Assembly: GCF_028641065.1 (NCBI RefSeq)
Contig: NC_073389.1
Coordinates: 41,726,001-41,790,000 of the forward strand
Source of the DNA: Leucoraja erinacea
Lineage: Eukaryota
Length of the DNA: 64,000 nt
Direction of reading: 5' to 3'
This document shows positions 49,592 through 62,659 of this stretch, one piece after another; the first letter of the stretch is position 1; each line of letters begins with the position of its first letter. Made by a program: the position numbers and the translations under genes. Under the pieces are notes generated by a model. It saw only the letters and a list, made by a program, of their open reading frames with translations, was not told where the DNA came from and made no database searches.

Positions 49592-50139
49592 GGTACACAA
49601 AAATACTGGAGAAACTCAGTGGGTGCAGCAGCTGACATCTGATCTACATCGGTGAGACTAAGCGGAGGTTGGGCGATCGTTTCGCCGAACACCTCCGCTC
49701 AGTCCACTAGAACCTACCTGACCTCCCGGTGGCTCAGCACTTCAACTCCCCCTCCCATTCCCAACCCAACCTCTCTGTCCTGGGTCTCCTCCATTGCCAG
49801 AGTGAGCAACACCGGAAATTGGAGGAACAGCACCTCATATTCCGCTTGGGGAGCCTGCATCCGTCGGGCATGAACATTGAATTCTCCCAATTTTGTTAGC
49901 CCTTGCTGTCTCCTCCCCTTCCTTAGCCCTCGAGCTGTCTCCTCCCATCCCCCAGCCCTCGGGCTCCTCCTCCTCCTTTTTTTCCCTTCCTTCTCCCTGC
50001 CATCCCTTATTAGTCTGAAGAAGGGTTTCGGCCCGAAACGTTACCTATTTCCTTCGCTCCATAGATGCTGCTGCACCTGCTGAGTTTCTCCAGCATTTTT
50101 GTGTACCTTTGATTTTCCAGCATCTGCAGTTCCTTATTG
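49592..50139 (+). mobile_element. Penelope-like element 3' part (GIY-YIG endonuclease, pseudo-LTR, inverted 5' stub)
   Basis: IYIGETKRRLGDRFAEHLRS..VAQHFNSPSHS..EQHLIFRLGSLHPSGMNIEF; aacatatttggaa duplicated at 49579-49591 and 50140-50152. Confidence 0.88.
50011..50050 (+). ncRNA. Minimal hammerhead-ribozyme-like motif in the Penelope pseudo-LTR (representative copy)
   Basis: CUGAAGA, stem II (A-GGGU-UUCG-GCCC), GAAAC-GUU; stem I is weak. Confidence 0.55.
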
Positions 50140-50171
50140 AACATATTTGGAATCTAGTTTCTTTTTTTGTG

Positions 50172-50410
50172 GTTTAAAGATACAGCATGGAAACATACCC
50201 TTCGACCCTACGAGTCCGCACCGACCAGTGATCCCCACACATTAACGCTACCCTAGACACACTAGGGACAATTTTACATTTTACACCAAGCCAATTTACC
50301 TATAAAACTGTACGTCTTTGGAGTGTGGAAGGAAACCGAAGATCTTGGAGAAAACCCACACAGATCATGGGGAGGATGTACACATTCCGTAGTCAGTCGT
50401 AGTCAGGATG
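50172..50410 (-). mobile_element. V-SINE, head truncated
   Basis: Tail and V-domain. Confidence 0.82.
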
Positions 50411-50660
50411 CTGTTTTCAAGTTGTGTGACTATGTGACTGATTCAGTTTCTGGTCAGTGTTGATTCCAAGGATATTAATCCAGGGGCAATGGGGATGGAA
50501 ACGCCATTAAGGGCAAGATGAAATGGGCTGAATTATCCTTTGTTAGGCATTTGTCATTTGCTGCTGTCCATTTTGTAAATGCCACAAGCATGTGTCACAT
50601 GCCATTTATCAGCACATGCCTGAAACATTTTCAAGTGGGCATAGACAGCTTCATTTGTTA

Positions 50661-51525
50661 AATAGTCAATAGTCAATAGTCTATTTAATTGTCATTTGGA
50701 CCCCTGGAGGTCCAAATGAAATGCCGTTTCTGCAGCCATACATTACACACAAATAGACCCCAGACACAACATAATTTACATTTTACATAAACATCCATCA
50801 CATAGCTGTGATGGAAGGCCAAAGAAAACTTATCTCTCCACTGCACTCTCCCCCCCCCCCCCCCCCCCGATGTCAGAGTCAAAGTAAGAGCCCCCGGCTG
50901 GCGATGGCGTTTGTCCCGCGGCCATTAAAGCCACGCCGGGTGGTGCGAGGCCGCACACTGGGTCTTGGTGTTAGAGACCCCGGCGTGCGCTCGCAGAGTC
51001 CCGCGGCCATTCCAAGCCGCGCGGGGCAGTGATGTAGGCCCCGCTCCAGGAGCTCTTCGACCCCGCAACTCGGGCGGGAGAAGTCGCCGTTGCAGGAGCC
51101 CTGAAAAGCGGTCTCCCTCCAGGGACCCGCGGGCTCCCGGTGCCGCCGTCCGCAGACCCGCAGTAGCAGCCTCCGCATCAGCAGCAGCAGCGGCAGCAGC
51201 AGCAGCAGCAGCAGCGGCAGCGCTCCTCCACCGCTCCACCCGCTCCGGTCTCGGCCAGCTCCGCGACGGTGAGGTGAGTCGGCACCAGAGTCCCCGGCTT
51301 CTTCTGTTGGAGGCCGCTCCTCGTTGCAGCCTCAACGACAACTGAGACCCGACGAAAAAAGGTCGGGTCTCCAGTGCAGGGAGAGATTTAAAAGTTTCCC
51401 CCTCCCTCCCACCCCACCCCACCCCCCCCCCACACACACACCCCAACATAAAATAACAAAAACTACATATAAACATAGACAAAAAATAATAAAAACGCGG
51501 ACACGCTGCAGAGGCCGCTGCTGAC
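50661..51525 (-). mobile_element. GC-rich non-coding retroposon (same family as 7909-8745) with a (GCA)n tract at ~51160-51221
   Basis: Shared blocks gcagcggcctctgcag, ggcgacttctcccgcccga, ccttccatcacag, tgtatggctgcagaaac; (gactatt)n tail. Confidence 0.78.
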
Positions 51526-51620
51526 CAGACTAATTACTTAAACTATGAAAGTATTTGGATCTGTTAAAATATGTAAAAAGTTACGTTATATATTCACAAC
51601 ATATTTAGAATTTTGTTTTA

Positions 51621-51910
51621 TTAGTTTAGAGATACAGCGCCGAAACAGGCCCTTCGGCCCACCGAAACCGCACCGCCCCGCAATCCCCGCACATTAACAC
51701 CACCCTACACACACAAGGGACAATTTTACATGTTACACCAAGCCAATTAACCAACAGACCTGTACTTCTTGGGAGTGTGGGAGGAAACCGAAGATCTCTG
51801 AGAAAACCCACCCAAGTCATGGGGAGAACGTACAAACTCCGTACGGACAAGCATCTGTAGTCAGGATCGAAGTAAGGCAGTATCTCTACCACTACGCCAC
51901 CATGCCGCCC
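51621..51910 (-). mobile_element. V-SINE (HE1-like)
   Basis: Head, core and tail. Confidence 0.85.
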
Positions 51911-52579
51911 ATGGGCAGGGACTTAATCAGCGCGAGCATATGCCCCACATTTACAGGAAATTCCTCATTCATGGGAAATAATTGCAATTCCCTATATTAT
52001 TATAGAATAAGTATATTCAAATTAATAATAAACATTTTTGATTTAAAATGTTTCCACCATATTAATGACCAATATTACTAATTTGCAGCCTGGCAATGAT
52101 GTATGTATCTGTATGGCTTTCATATTCAGGGGACTTTCATTAATCAAATCTTACACCATTTGCATGTTTGCATCAATGAGGATATTTTTACATTCCTGAA
52201 ACTGAGGCCCACTCTATGCCTTTTAGCAACTGTTTGGTAATCTTTGTGTGATTAAAGTCACATAAACACTATATCAGATTGCAGTGCGAAATGAATATGC
52301 CTGGGAAAAATAAATGTTCCTTACAAAGTAGGACATTCATCAATAGCCATTCACACATACAAAAGCATATTTTTCTCCCTGTATTAATTAACAAAGGTTA
52401 AATACGTGACAACTGTCGACTTCAGCCAAGAAAGGAAAACTATCTTTAAATCTGCCTAATCACCTCCACGCATGTAGAGTTATCAGTGGTTCACGAGTGT
52501 TTGGACACTGGTTTGCTGCACATCTGATTTTGTAGGCTGAACTAAAGTGCAGCTCAATTGAAAATTAAGTAAAATATTA

Positions 52580-52890
52580 GGGCGGCATGGTGGCACAGCA
52601 GTAGAGTTGCTGCTGTACTGCACCAGAGACCCGGGTTAGATCCTGACTACGGATGCTTGTGTCTACGGCGTTTGTACGTGACCTGCATGGGTTTTCTCCG
52701 CGATCTTCGGTTTCCTCTCACACTCCAAGGACATACAGGTTTTTAGGTTAATTGGCTTGGTATGGATGTAAATTGACCTCAGTGTGTGTAGGATCGTGTT
52801 AATGTGCGGGGATCGCTGGTCGGTGCAGACTCAGCGGGCCGAAGGGCATGTTTCCGCGCTCTATTTCTAAACTTAACTAGACTAAACTAA
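52580..52890 (+). mobile_element. V-SINE (HE1-like)
   Basis: Head, core and tail. Confidence 0.87.
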
Positions 52891-53639
52891 AATGAGTCAG
52901 TTATCCCGGCCTTGAATTTGGGAACAGAAATGTAATCTGGAGGTAAATAAACAATTAAAGTAGCTGTAGAATTTCAATGGCATCGACATTCTTGCCAATT
53001 GTTCAAAATTTCTGATCCAAGCATAACGTTTCAGTACAAAATTCCAATCCCAGCATAAATTGTCCACTAATCATCTAGTTCTGGATTGTGTCCACTCTAA
53101 ATGGAGGCAGTCCACTGCCAATCTCCACCCAAAACTGCAGCACGTTTCAGAAATTTAATCGCCTCTTAGATTATGTTTTTGTCACATGTTTTCTGTTAGT
53201 TTTGTTTCAACTGAATTACTGAGCAACTAATTAAATGGCCTGTGTTCCAAATGTTTCCTAATTAGCTCTTAATATCAGCATTTTACAGAAATCCTCCAAG
53301 CTTAATCCTGATTGAAGCTACTTTCGGTAAGCTATTTAGTAGCATTCAACTGTGATGAAGATGCCAGCTCTTTGAAGGACCATTAATTGATCTGTGTTCT
53401 CTCCTTTAGCCTGCACAAACTCTCAAAGGTCTGATGGTTATAAATATCTGTCCCCATTGCCAGCACATAAGAGGGCAATTACAATAATAGAAACATATTA
53501 ATGCTGGAAATGCTCAGTAGATCCTTTGCAATGTCTGCCCGTGCCCTGCCCTTTATAAGAACACCATTACATTCTCTCAATGCCTCCAGCGCTGTTGTAT
53601 TTGTTCTGATGTAATTACAGGCGCTGATGTGCAAAATAG

Positions 53640-54105
53640 GACACATAGTGTTAAAGTAACTCAGCGGGCCAGGCAGCATCTCTGGAGATCATGGATAGGT
53701 GACACTTTGGGTCGGGACCCTTATTCAGACTGATTGTGTGTGAGAGGGGGGGGGGGGTGGGGGGGGGGTGGGGGTTTGGGGAGGCGGGGGGGGGGGAGGT
53801 AGGGGGCGGGGGGATGAAAGCTTGGCGAGAGGGGAGGCAGTACAGAACAGGGTTTGGTGATAGCTAAGACACAGGTGAGGCGGGGAGAATTGGTTGGCAG
53901 ATGGTTTGAACAAAGGCCGGAGGAAATAGGCCAGTGACAGAAAACACTGGAGTAACGCAACGGGTCAGGCAGCATCCCTGGAGAACATGGGTGACGTTTC
54001 CGGTCACAACCCATTTTCGGACTGTCCCGACCTGAAACGTCATCTATCCATATTCTCCAGCGATGCTGCCTGATCCACTGAGTTTCTCCACCATTTTGTG
54101 TCTTG
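53640..54105 (-). mobile_element. Penelope-derived repeats (tandem plus inverted) with a G-run tract at 53744-53814
   Basis: Three copies of the pseudo-LTR arm around a purine-rich spacer. Confidence 0.7.
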
Positions 54106-54577
54106 CCATAGAAATGCAGAAACCTAATAAAAATAAAATCCATCACATAGATTGGAAGTGTGCTGCATTCTAATCAAATACATATTATTGTAATATTAAG
54201 AATCAATTATTGTAATATTAATTTCTATTTGATTCCTATCATTTCAATTATTAGTCATATAATTAGGAATATGACGGTGAAAAGAAATCATATAATTTTA
54301 ACTGAAATTCAATTTGAATGGTTTTAAAACTCAGATGATTTAGTATTGAAGAACTGACTGTTAGTTTTGAGCATTTAAGTGACACATTTGGAAAATAGAG
54401 AGTTGTCAATAGCAAATCTGAACAAATTATTACCATAAACTAAACATGAATTACACCAACCTGTGTCAGCGTGAAGCAGGCAGATGATTTGTTTTCCAAT
54501 CCAATTAAAAAAAACTTTAAAAATTACTATACCACAATTCCTGGAATTCTTTCAATCCTGAGAGCACTCACAGGCAT

Positions 54578-54710
54578 CAGTCTGAAGAAGGGTCTCTACC
54601 CGAAACATCACCCATTCCTTCACTCCAGAGATGCTGCCTGTCCCGCTAAGTTACTCCAGCATTTTGTGCCTATCTTTGATTTAAACCAGTATCTGCAGTT
54701 TCTTCTGACA
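54578..54710 (+). mobile_element. Penelope-derived short repeat with hammerhead-like core
   Basis: ctgaagaagggtctctacccgaaacatc; aggcatca duplicated at both ends. Confidence 0.75.
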
Positions 54711-55594
54711 TAGGCATCAAATAAGGTGTTTTGGTCAAAGTAAAACACATCTTCTTATCTGTATGCTTGAATTAAACATATTGTCTTCCTCTGCGACATA
54801 TTGTTTGGGCCAAGTGATCCAAATTGTTTGACCAGGAAACAATTTTACAGGTTAATAGATCAGGGGTCCAAAAGCTATTTAGGTTTGAATGTAACCAGAA
54901 GTGGCACCCGCTGATAAATGTGTTACTTTCCACTGTGAAATGGACTAAAGCCAAACCAAATCAGGGATGAAATGCAATCTCAGGAACAAATTGCAATCTC
55001 CTCACATGAATACTGTAATAAAGCCATCCCCACAATTTAGACGTCTTGTGTTTGTGGCCATGTCTTCAGAGCTCTTTGCTGAGTGTGCAGGTTACTTTGA
55101 GAAGTAAGTGACTTTGGCTTTTCTGGTTTGTAAGAATAGAGAATTAATATCCTTTCAGGTTATTTACTTTGACTCGTGGTTCATTCGCGTCTAAACACAT
55201 TATTATCTGCAATGCTGCTATTTATTCTAACATTACAAAACATATTGAAGGTTTAGGATCACTGATTGATAAATGCAATCCCACAGGCGTGAATCGGGTG
55301 TTGTGAGTAATCTCACCAAGTCCTTGGGCAGAGCTTATTGCATGTATTTTTGGTTGACCTTCCCATAGTCATCCAAAATGTCCTCTTAATGAATGCGTAT
55401 GAGATTCATGAGGCATGTGTCTTACAGCAGAAGATGACGAGTTGGTAGCTGAATTCAAACAGGCCAGGGGATTGCAATTTGAGATTAATGTGTAGGATAG
55501 TGTTAGTGGCAGCGCAGACTCAGTGGGCCGAAGGGCCTGTTTCCATACTGTTACTCAAAACTAAACCAAACTAAACTAAACATTTCTTCCCACA

Positions 55595-55855
55595 ACAGCC
55601 ACAGGAGATGTAACACTGTCCCTGCTCCTACACCTCCATTCAGGGACCCCATAACTCTTTCCAGGTGAGACAGAGGTTCACATTATCTACTACAGCTGCT
55701 GTTCCCAATGTGGCCTCTTATACATTGGCGAGACCAAGCATAGTTTTCTCCATTGCCAGGGTGAGGCCACATGCACACTGGAGGAATAGCATGTCATATA
55801 CCACTTGGATAGTGTACAAATCAATGGTATGATCATTGAATTCTCCAATTGTAGG
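55595..55855 (+). mobile_element. Degraded Penelope GIY-YIG fragment
   Basis: IYYSCCSQCGLLYIGETK..IEFSNC. Confidence 0.7.
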
Positions 55856-55894
55856 TGTCCATTAACCCCCCCCCCCCCCATCCCCCACTTCTAA

Positions 55895-56240
55895 AACTTT
55901 CTTATCATGTACCTATCCCAATGTCTTTGAAATATTGTTATTGTACCTGCCTCAACTACTTCCTCTGGCAAACCCACCACCCTCCATGTGAAGATCTTCC
56001 CCTCAAGACCCTATTAAACCTTTGCCCTCTTACCTTAATTCTATGCCCTCTAATTCTTGATTCTCCTTTCCTGGGAAAAAGATTCTGGGCATGCACCCAA
56101 TTTATTACCCTTGTGGTTTGTACACGTTTATAAGTTCACCCCTCAGCCTCCTGCACTTCAAGGAATAGAGATCCAGCCTGCTCAACTTCCTATTGATCAA
56201 ACCTTTGAGTTCTGGAAACATCCTCATAAAACTTTTCTGA
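55895..56240 (-). mobile_element. Old CR1 3' fragment
   Basis: LSRLDLYSLKCRRLRGELINVYK. Confidence 0.7.
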
Positions 56241-56939
56241 AGAATAGCTTTCCTGTGCTCAACTATCACTGGTTTGGCCACGCGCATTCTTCCCATCGAA
56301 TTTCACGGTTAATTGTTGGAAGAAATTTCTCATGTATGAACTGAAAGCTTACTGTTGATCATATTCACCACGGTTGCAAATGCTACCAACTTGAGTCCGA
56401 GCCGCCATTTTGTCTTGTTCCCATGGTGACAATCGAGTATTATGCACCATGTTGTTTTCTTCGGTAATTCTCTGCATCCATCGAATTATCCTTGTTTCCA
56501 ATATTACACCAAACAAATCTTTGTGAGAAGCTGAATTTAAAGCAAGTGGTCCTGAGTTTCCAGAATCACCTCATATGCTTTTTTGTACACTGCTCCACTC
56601 AAGAACTTCACTTACTTTCCTTTGATTTCCAGTTCTTGTTGCCAATTAGTAAATCATATTCATGCATCTACATCCCTTCCTCCACATTGCTCAGCTGTAT
56701 AAAAGAGGAAGTCTAGAGCAACTACAACTGGTTTATGTAACCAACCATTCCTTTCTTAGTCAACGACTTCCTGCTTCCACTCCAGTCCTGTTGCAATAAG
56801 ACCTCTGTGGTCTTTCCCATTGTTCCACTTGAATTCTATACCCTCTTGAAGAAATGGCTCAAGCTGCTCAATGCCCTTCCAGAGTAGACATGGGGTAGGA
56901 ATTCCTGGGATGAGGTTTAGAATTTAATGTTTAGATTTA

Positions 56940-57245
56940 TTAGTTTAGAGATACACCACGGAAACATGCCCTGCGGCCCACCGAGTCCACTCCGACCAAC
57001 GATCCCTGTACACTAGCACTGTACCACACACACTAGGGACAATTTACAATTGTACCAAGCCAATTAGCCTACAAACCTGTACATCCTTCGAGCCTGGGAG
57101 GAAAACGAAGCAGCCAGAGAAAACCCACACAGGTCACGGGGAGAACGTACCAACTCTGTACAGACAAGCACCCGTTGGCAGGATCCAACCCGGGATTCTG
57201 GCATTGTAAGTCAGCAACTCTACTGGTGCGCCTCCATGCCACCGC
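56940..57245 (-). mobile_element. V-SINE (HE1-like)
   Basis: Head, core and tail. Confidence 0.85.
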
Positions 57246-57825
57246 TAAACTAAAAACTAAACTGAAATTATTTATTAGTTCCAATAATTATGGTTGGGGT
57301 TAAATATTGTTGGATAACATTTCTATGAAACATCATGGTAAATGTTTTGAAGTTAAACTTGCTTCATAAATTAAAGTAGTTTTTATTCTCTTTGTCTTTC
57401 CCGGGGCCACATCTGTGCACCATCAGTAGCTGCAGCATGACTGATGGAAACCTGCTGAATTACAGTGCAGGAGGCTCCAGATGGATTTGGAGGGTCATCT
57501 TCAGCATCTCTGGGCACTGAAAAACACGATGAAAAGTGCTGGAATAACTCAGCAGGTCAGGTCGCATCTCTGGAGAACATGGATAGGTGAACCTCTTAGC
57601 CCACTTGAATACACAGCCATTGTGCATGGCAGTCTGTGCTCCCACTTCTCTGTTACAGTTTAGGCAGCAGTGGAGACTGCAATGTTGTGGGACACTTAAT
57701 GGCGCAAATAGTGTTGGCCACTTCTTTGACATGAGAAAAATTGGCTCCACGTTCTTGCCAAGTTACTGAGGGATTGCTTCATGATCTTAACACTGGACAA
57801 GTGACAATAATTGGCAAATTGACGC

Positions 57826-58022
57826 AACAGTAGAGTTGCTCCTTAGTTCTCCCTGTGACCATGTGGGTTTTCTCCGGGTGCTCTGGTTTCCTCCCACACT
57901 CCAAAGACGTACAGGTTTGTAGGTTAATTGGCCCTAGAGTGTAGGATAGTAGTGTTAGTGTACGGGGCGATCACTGGTCGGCGCAGATTCGGTGGGCCGA
58001 AGGGCCTGTTTCCGCGCTGTAT
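57826..58022 (+). mobile_element. V-SINE, internally deleted
   Basis: V-domain and tail. Confidence 0.8.
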
Positions 58023-58574
58023 TGTGCTAATTGTCCAAATTAGTTTTAAAGGATGCTTTAAGGTGGGTGGGATTAGGAAGAGAAAGTAGAGAGGAAGAGA
58101 TGTTTATGGAGGAAATTCCAGATGTTATAGTCTTGGCAACAAAGGTCATGGCAGTCAGATGCAGGATAATTAGGGTGTTTAATTGTCATATGTACTGACA
58201 ATGGAACATTATAATCAGGGGTGATCAAAACCAGTGAAGTGCAGATGGAGATGATTGCAGGTAATGAAGTGGAGTTATTTAAATTCAGGCCCATTTAATT
58301 GCGACCCATTAATGTTCAGCAAGTATAGGAATGTTAGAAAGCAGAGCCATGTGTTGGCTGATCTTCAGTTAATGGAGCAACGATCAGGGGAGGCCAGTCA
58401 AGTCTGCTTTGGAGCAGCCAGGTCTGGAGATTGCCTTGGCAATCACTCATTTCTAGACTGGAAAATATTTACAATCTTTTCCAAGTCAATATTGCCACAG
58501 CATCCTCACAGATCCCTGAGAATCTCTGACTTGACAGCTCAAGATGGAGAAAGAGCATTTGAGATGAGAAGATA

Positions 58575-59133
58575 ATAGGAACAGAATAGGTCAAGGCCCA
58601 TTAACTCTGCAATTCAATACATGGTTAATCTATTTTTCTCCCATTCACCTGCCTTCTCTATGTAATCTTTGATGCCCTTACTAATCAAGAACCCAACAAT
58701 CTCTGCTTTAAAACTGCTCAATGTCTTGGCATCTCTAGCAATGAATTCTAATGATTCATCATCTGCTGGCTAAAGAAATTCCACCTCATCTCCATTCTAA
58801 AGGTATGTCCTTTTATTCTGAGGCTGTCTTCTAGATTCTAGGTTCTAGATTCTCCCACTAGTGGAAACATCCTCTCTACCCCCACCATCTGGCCTTTCAT
58901 TATTAGGTAAGTTTCAATTAGGTTCCCCAGCATCCTTCAAGACTCCAGCAGGTATATACGCTAAGAGCCATCAAATAAATGCTCATCATATGTTAACCCA
59001 ATCATCCCTGGGATCATTCTTGCAAACCTCCGCTGGACCCTCTTCAATGCCAGCACATCCTTCCTCAGATATAGGGCGCAAAACATCTCACGGCTTTCCA
59101 AATGTGGTCTCACCAGTGCCTTATAAAGCCTTT
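58575..59133 (-). mobile_element. CR1 RT C-terminal/3' fragment
   Basis: LYKALVRPHLES..LRKDVLALKRVQRRFARMIPGM. Confidence 0.85.
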
Positions 59134-60055
59134 TGAAATTAATGCTCGCATTGCATTTGGTTCCTAAAGGGCCTGTCCCACTTGGGCCGTCAATTACGCG
59201 ACAGGCCGGTAGTGACTGACGCACAATGGTCGCGCGCGCCATCATGCGTCCGCACAGCTGTCTGGAGCGCGTGACGTCATTTGAAGATGGACAAAAAATG
59301 CAGGAGTAACTCAGCTGGACCGGCAGCATCTGTGGAGAGAAGGAATGGATGATGTTTCGGGTTGAAACTCTTCTTCAGTCTGAATTACCTCTTTCATGCC
59401 ACAGATAAGATACAAAGTACTGCAGTAACTCAATGGGTTAGGCAGCATCTCTGGAGAAAATGGATGGTTGATATTTCAGGTCGGGACCCTTCTTTAGATC
59501 ATAAACCAGCATTTGCAGTTCTTTGTTTCTACCTCTTTCATGTCCCCTTCCCAGAGGTATTGCCACATACACTTACTTTTACACCTCATTCAGTTATTCC
59601 ATTATTGTACTTTAATTTTCTTTGACGTACTTCAGATTGCATTACAATCTTGCACCGCCCTACTCTTTGCACTCATCGTTGTATACAGTTTTGTATTTAT
59701 CATTACTGTATGTATACAGTGAGCTTCATGTGAACAAGGAATTTCATTGCACCTTGGTGTACATGACAATAATCTAATCTAAAACTGAATCTGAGATGCT
59801 CATAAAAATGGACAGTGGATCCATGAGAACAAACACCAACTGACTGCTCAGTTCAATTCTTCCTGATTGAAAAGTAAGAGCAAACTTTAACAAAGGATCA
59901 TGAAACAACAATCTGTCATTACTGGGGAAGGAAAATATGACAAAGAACAAAGATTAAAGAACAAAAAATGACGAGCATTCTAAATTATACATCAGAGTCG
60001 GCTTTTTATTGATGTTGCTATTCAACTCACTAGGGCAGAGTCTGTGCTGACTTAA

Positions 60056-60715
60056 AGGATATAAAGGAGCTGAAGGAATGCTTTGTGGTCTGTTTCACAG
60101 AGACATGGCCCACCCCCAGCTCCCCAGACTCAGACGTCCAGCCAGAAGGTTTTTCCATCCATCGCATGGACCGAACGCAGGCATCGGGGAAAGGGAGAGA
60201 CGGGGGCGTCTGCCTCATGGTCAACTCTTCATGGTGCTCAGACACGGCAGTCCTGTTTAGCTTCTGCTCTCCGCACCTGGAACATCTGGTGGTGAAGTGC
60301 CGCCACTTCTACCTCCAGAGGGAACTCACCTCCATCTTCCTGATCGTGGTCTACATCCCACCCCAGGCAGATGTCCGTCTAGCACTGGAGGAGCTGCACG
60401 CCGTGGTCAACAAGCACCAGTCAGTGTACCCCGAAGCCTTTACCACTATAGCCGGAGACTTCAACAAATCCAACCTGAAAAAATTACTCCTGAACTACCA
60501 CCAACATGTTTCCTGCAGCACCAGGGGGTGAAACACACTTGACCACTACATAGCGGCCATCAAAGATGCCTGTCGCTCCATCCCTCGCCCTCACTTCGGG
60601 AAATCCGACCATTCAGCGGTGCTGCTTTTTCCTGCACACAGACAGCAACTGAAGAGTGCACCTCCAGAGGTGAGGGCTGTACAGAGCTGGTCTGAGGAGG
60701 CAAAGGGACAACTAT
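60056..60715 (+). mobile_element. Rex1/Babar APE-domain fragment
   Basis: CFTETW, RMDRT, GGVCLMVN, VYIPPQAD, AGDFN, FGKSDH. Confidence 0.88.
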
Positions 60716-61128
60716 GAAAGGATGAGGACCCACAGTCCTGTGGAGAGAGTCAAAAACTTCAATTTCCAGGGCGTGCATCTTTCATAATTCTAAAGCAGGG
60801 TCTTGACCCCGAAACGTCACCCATTCCTTCTCTCTAGAGATGCTTCCCATTCCGCTGAGTTATTATAGCATTTTGTGTCGACCTTCGATTTAAACCAGCA
60901 TCTGCAGTTCTTTCCTACGCAGGCTATTAAACACTACAACCTTCAATTAAGTTCTGAACTCCATCGACCTGGGGGCATTGTTTTGTCTTTCCCCTATTGA
61001 TATGCTGAACGTTTTGTTGTTTATCATGGTGCTTCACGGTACTCGTTACATATCTGTTGTGCTGCCGCAAGTAAGATTTGCATTGTTCCGTTTTAGGCCA
61101 CATGACAAGACTCTTGACTGGACTCTAA

Positions 61129-61425
61129 AAGGGCCTGTTCCACGATGCGAGGTCACCCAAGAGCACCCCCGAGTTAAAAATAAAAAATCAAACTCGTGGT
61201 ACCTCATCACGAGTATTTTTTGACTCTTGGAAATTTTTCACACTGTTGAAAAAACTTCATGCGTTTCCGCGTTTCACAATTACCTGCCGTTAGCATTACG
61301 AGCCGCTACGAGACATCCACGAGCTCCGACATACCCGCTACGTACATTCTACATACTTAGCAGTACAATTTTTTTTAAAACTCGGGAGAGCTCTTGGGTG
61401 AACTCGCATCGTGGGACAGGCACTT
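61129..61425. mobile_element. PIF/Harbinger-type MITE
   Basis: ~48-bp TIRs aagggcctgttccacgatgcgaggtcacccaagag / ctcttgggtgaactcgcatcgtgggacaggcactt; a related terminus lies at 59167-59185. Confidence 0.8.
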
Positions 61426-61880
61426 AGTAAGTAAGTAAGTAGATTTTATTTATATAGCACGTTTAAATCAACTCGTGTTTAAACCAAAGTGCTTTACACA
61501 AAATAAATATTTAAGTTTCCGTACATCAATAGAAAAAAAAAAAAAAAAAGAAAAATGAAACAACACATTAAAGACTTCCAACATGAACGTCCCCCCACAA
61601 CAGAATCAAAATTTTCCACTGTGGGGAGAGGCACCAGAACGTTCAGTCCTCCTCTGTGATCACCCGAGGTCGGAGCCTATTTGTGGTCTCCGTAGCCAGT
61701 CCGATGTTTCCAGGCCCTCTTGCCGGGAAGATTGAACTCCGGCATCAGGTGAACAATCCTCGGTGGCTTGGAATATCTGGAGCGGCCGCTGCCTCCCCGG
61801 AGACCGCGGCTCCCGAAGTCCTCAGGCCGCGCTGGCTGGAGCTCTGACTGGCGATCTCAGATCCCAGGCTCCGCGATGTT
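61426..61880 (-). mobile_element. Non-coding retroposon 3' part with L2-like end and (tact)n tail
   Basis: Reverse complement ends aaagcactttgg..gtgctatataaataaaa..tacttacttact; GC-rich body. Confidence 0.55.
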
Positions 61881-62659
61881 TAACCCTTAACTCTTAATTC
61901 TTGTTACAAGATGGTGCGGAAAGCACATTTGGAAAATGGCAATATTTTTGGAGTGTGCAAACATTTATAGTTCTTATTTCCCAATAATTTTATGGAGATA
62001 TTATTGTTGGCTTTTTTCAAATAAAATATGTGCTGCTCAAGGGAATGTCAAACAGATTTTGTGGTGAAGAAATTATGAGCCCAAAAATCAGTCTTTGCAT
62101 TTATGATCTGAGAAGAATTATCTCCAAGAACTGCTCCCCTCTAGCCCTGCCAGTTCGTGGAATCACTCCATGTAGGTGTTTGTGCGTTATCAACGTGTTA
62201 ATATTTTAAGTAATTTGTTCTTGCTCAATATCTTCTGAAAATTCCTTTGTGAGCAACGTGCATGAAATAAAAAATTGTGGGATTTTCCTTGGAGTGTTGC
62301 ACACGTTTGATTTTACAAATCAATTGTTCTGTAGTTAATTTAATAAATGTATTAAAAATTAAATGTGAAAAAGTTATTAAGCGGATGAGGGAAGGAACAA
62401 TCCTTTTGTGTTATAGATTTTCTTCCTTGGAAGGAATGAAAACTATGGTGACTCGGACATTAATAGTAATTACAAGACAGGTGAAGAGCCTCTTGGCAAT
62501 ACAAAAAAATGCAAAGATAGTGAAGGATGAATTTTACATCTATGCAAAGTTTTGGGCTTTTGCTAATATTTGGGCAGCATTGTGGCGTGACGGTAGAAAT
62601 TAAAGAAACAAATAAAAGCAAATTGTACTGTATACAGCAGCATGGTATATTGAAAAATT

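Noticed and set aside
50879-51482. Poly-Ala ORFs resembling a transcription factor
   Set aside because: They arise from a (GCA)n tract in the retroposon on both strands; no recognisable domain.
55041-55109. Possible exon ending GAA|GTAAGT
   Set aside because: Poor acceptor and unrecognised 21-aa peptide; expected by chance.
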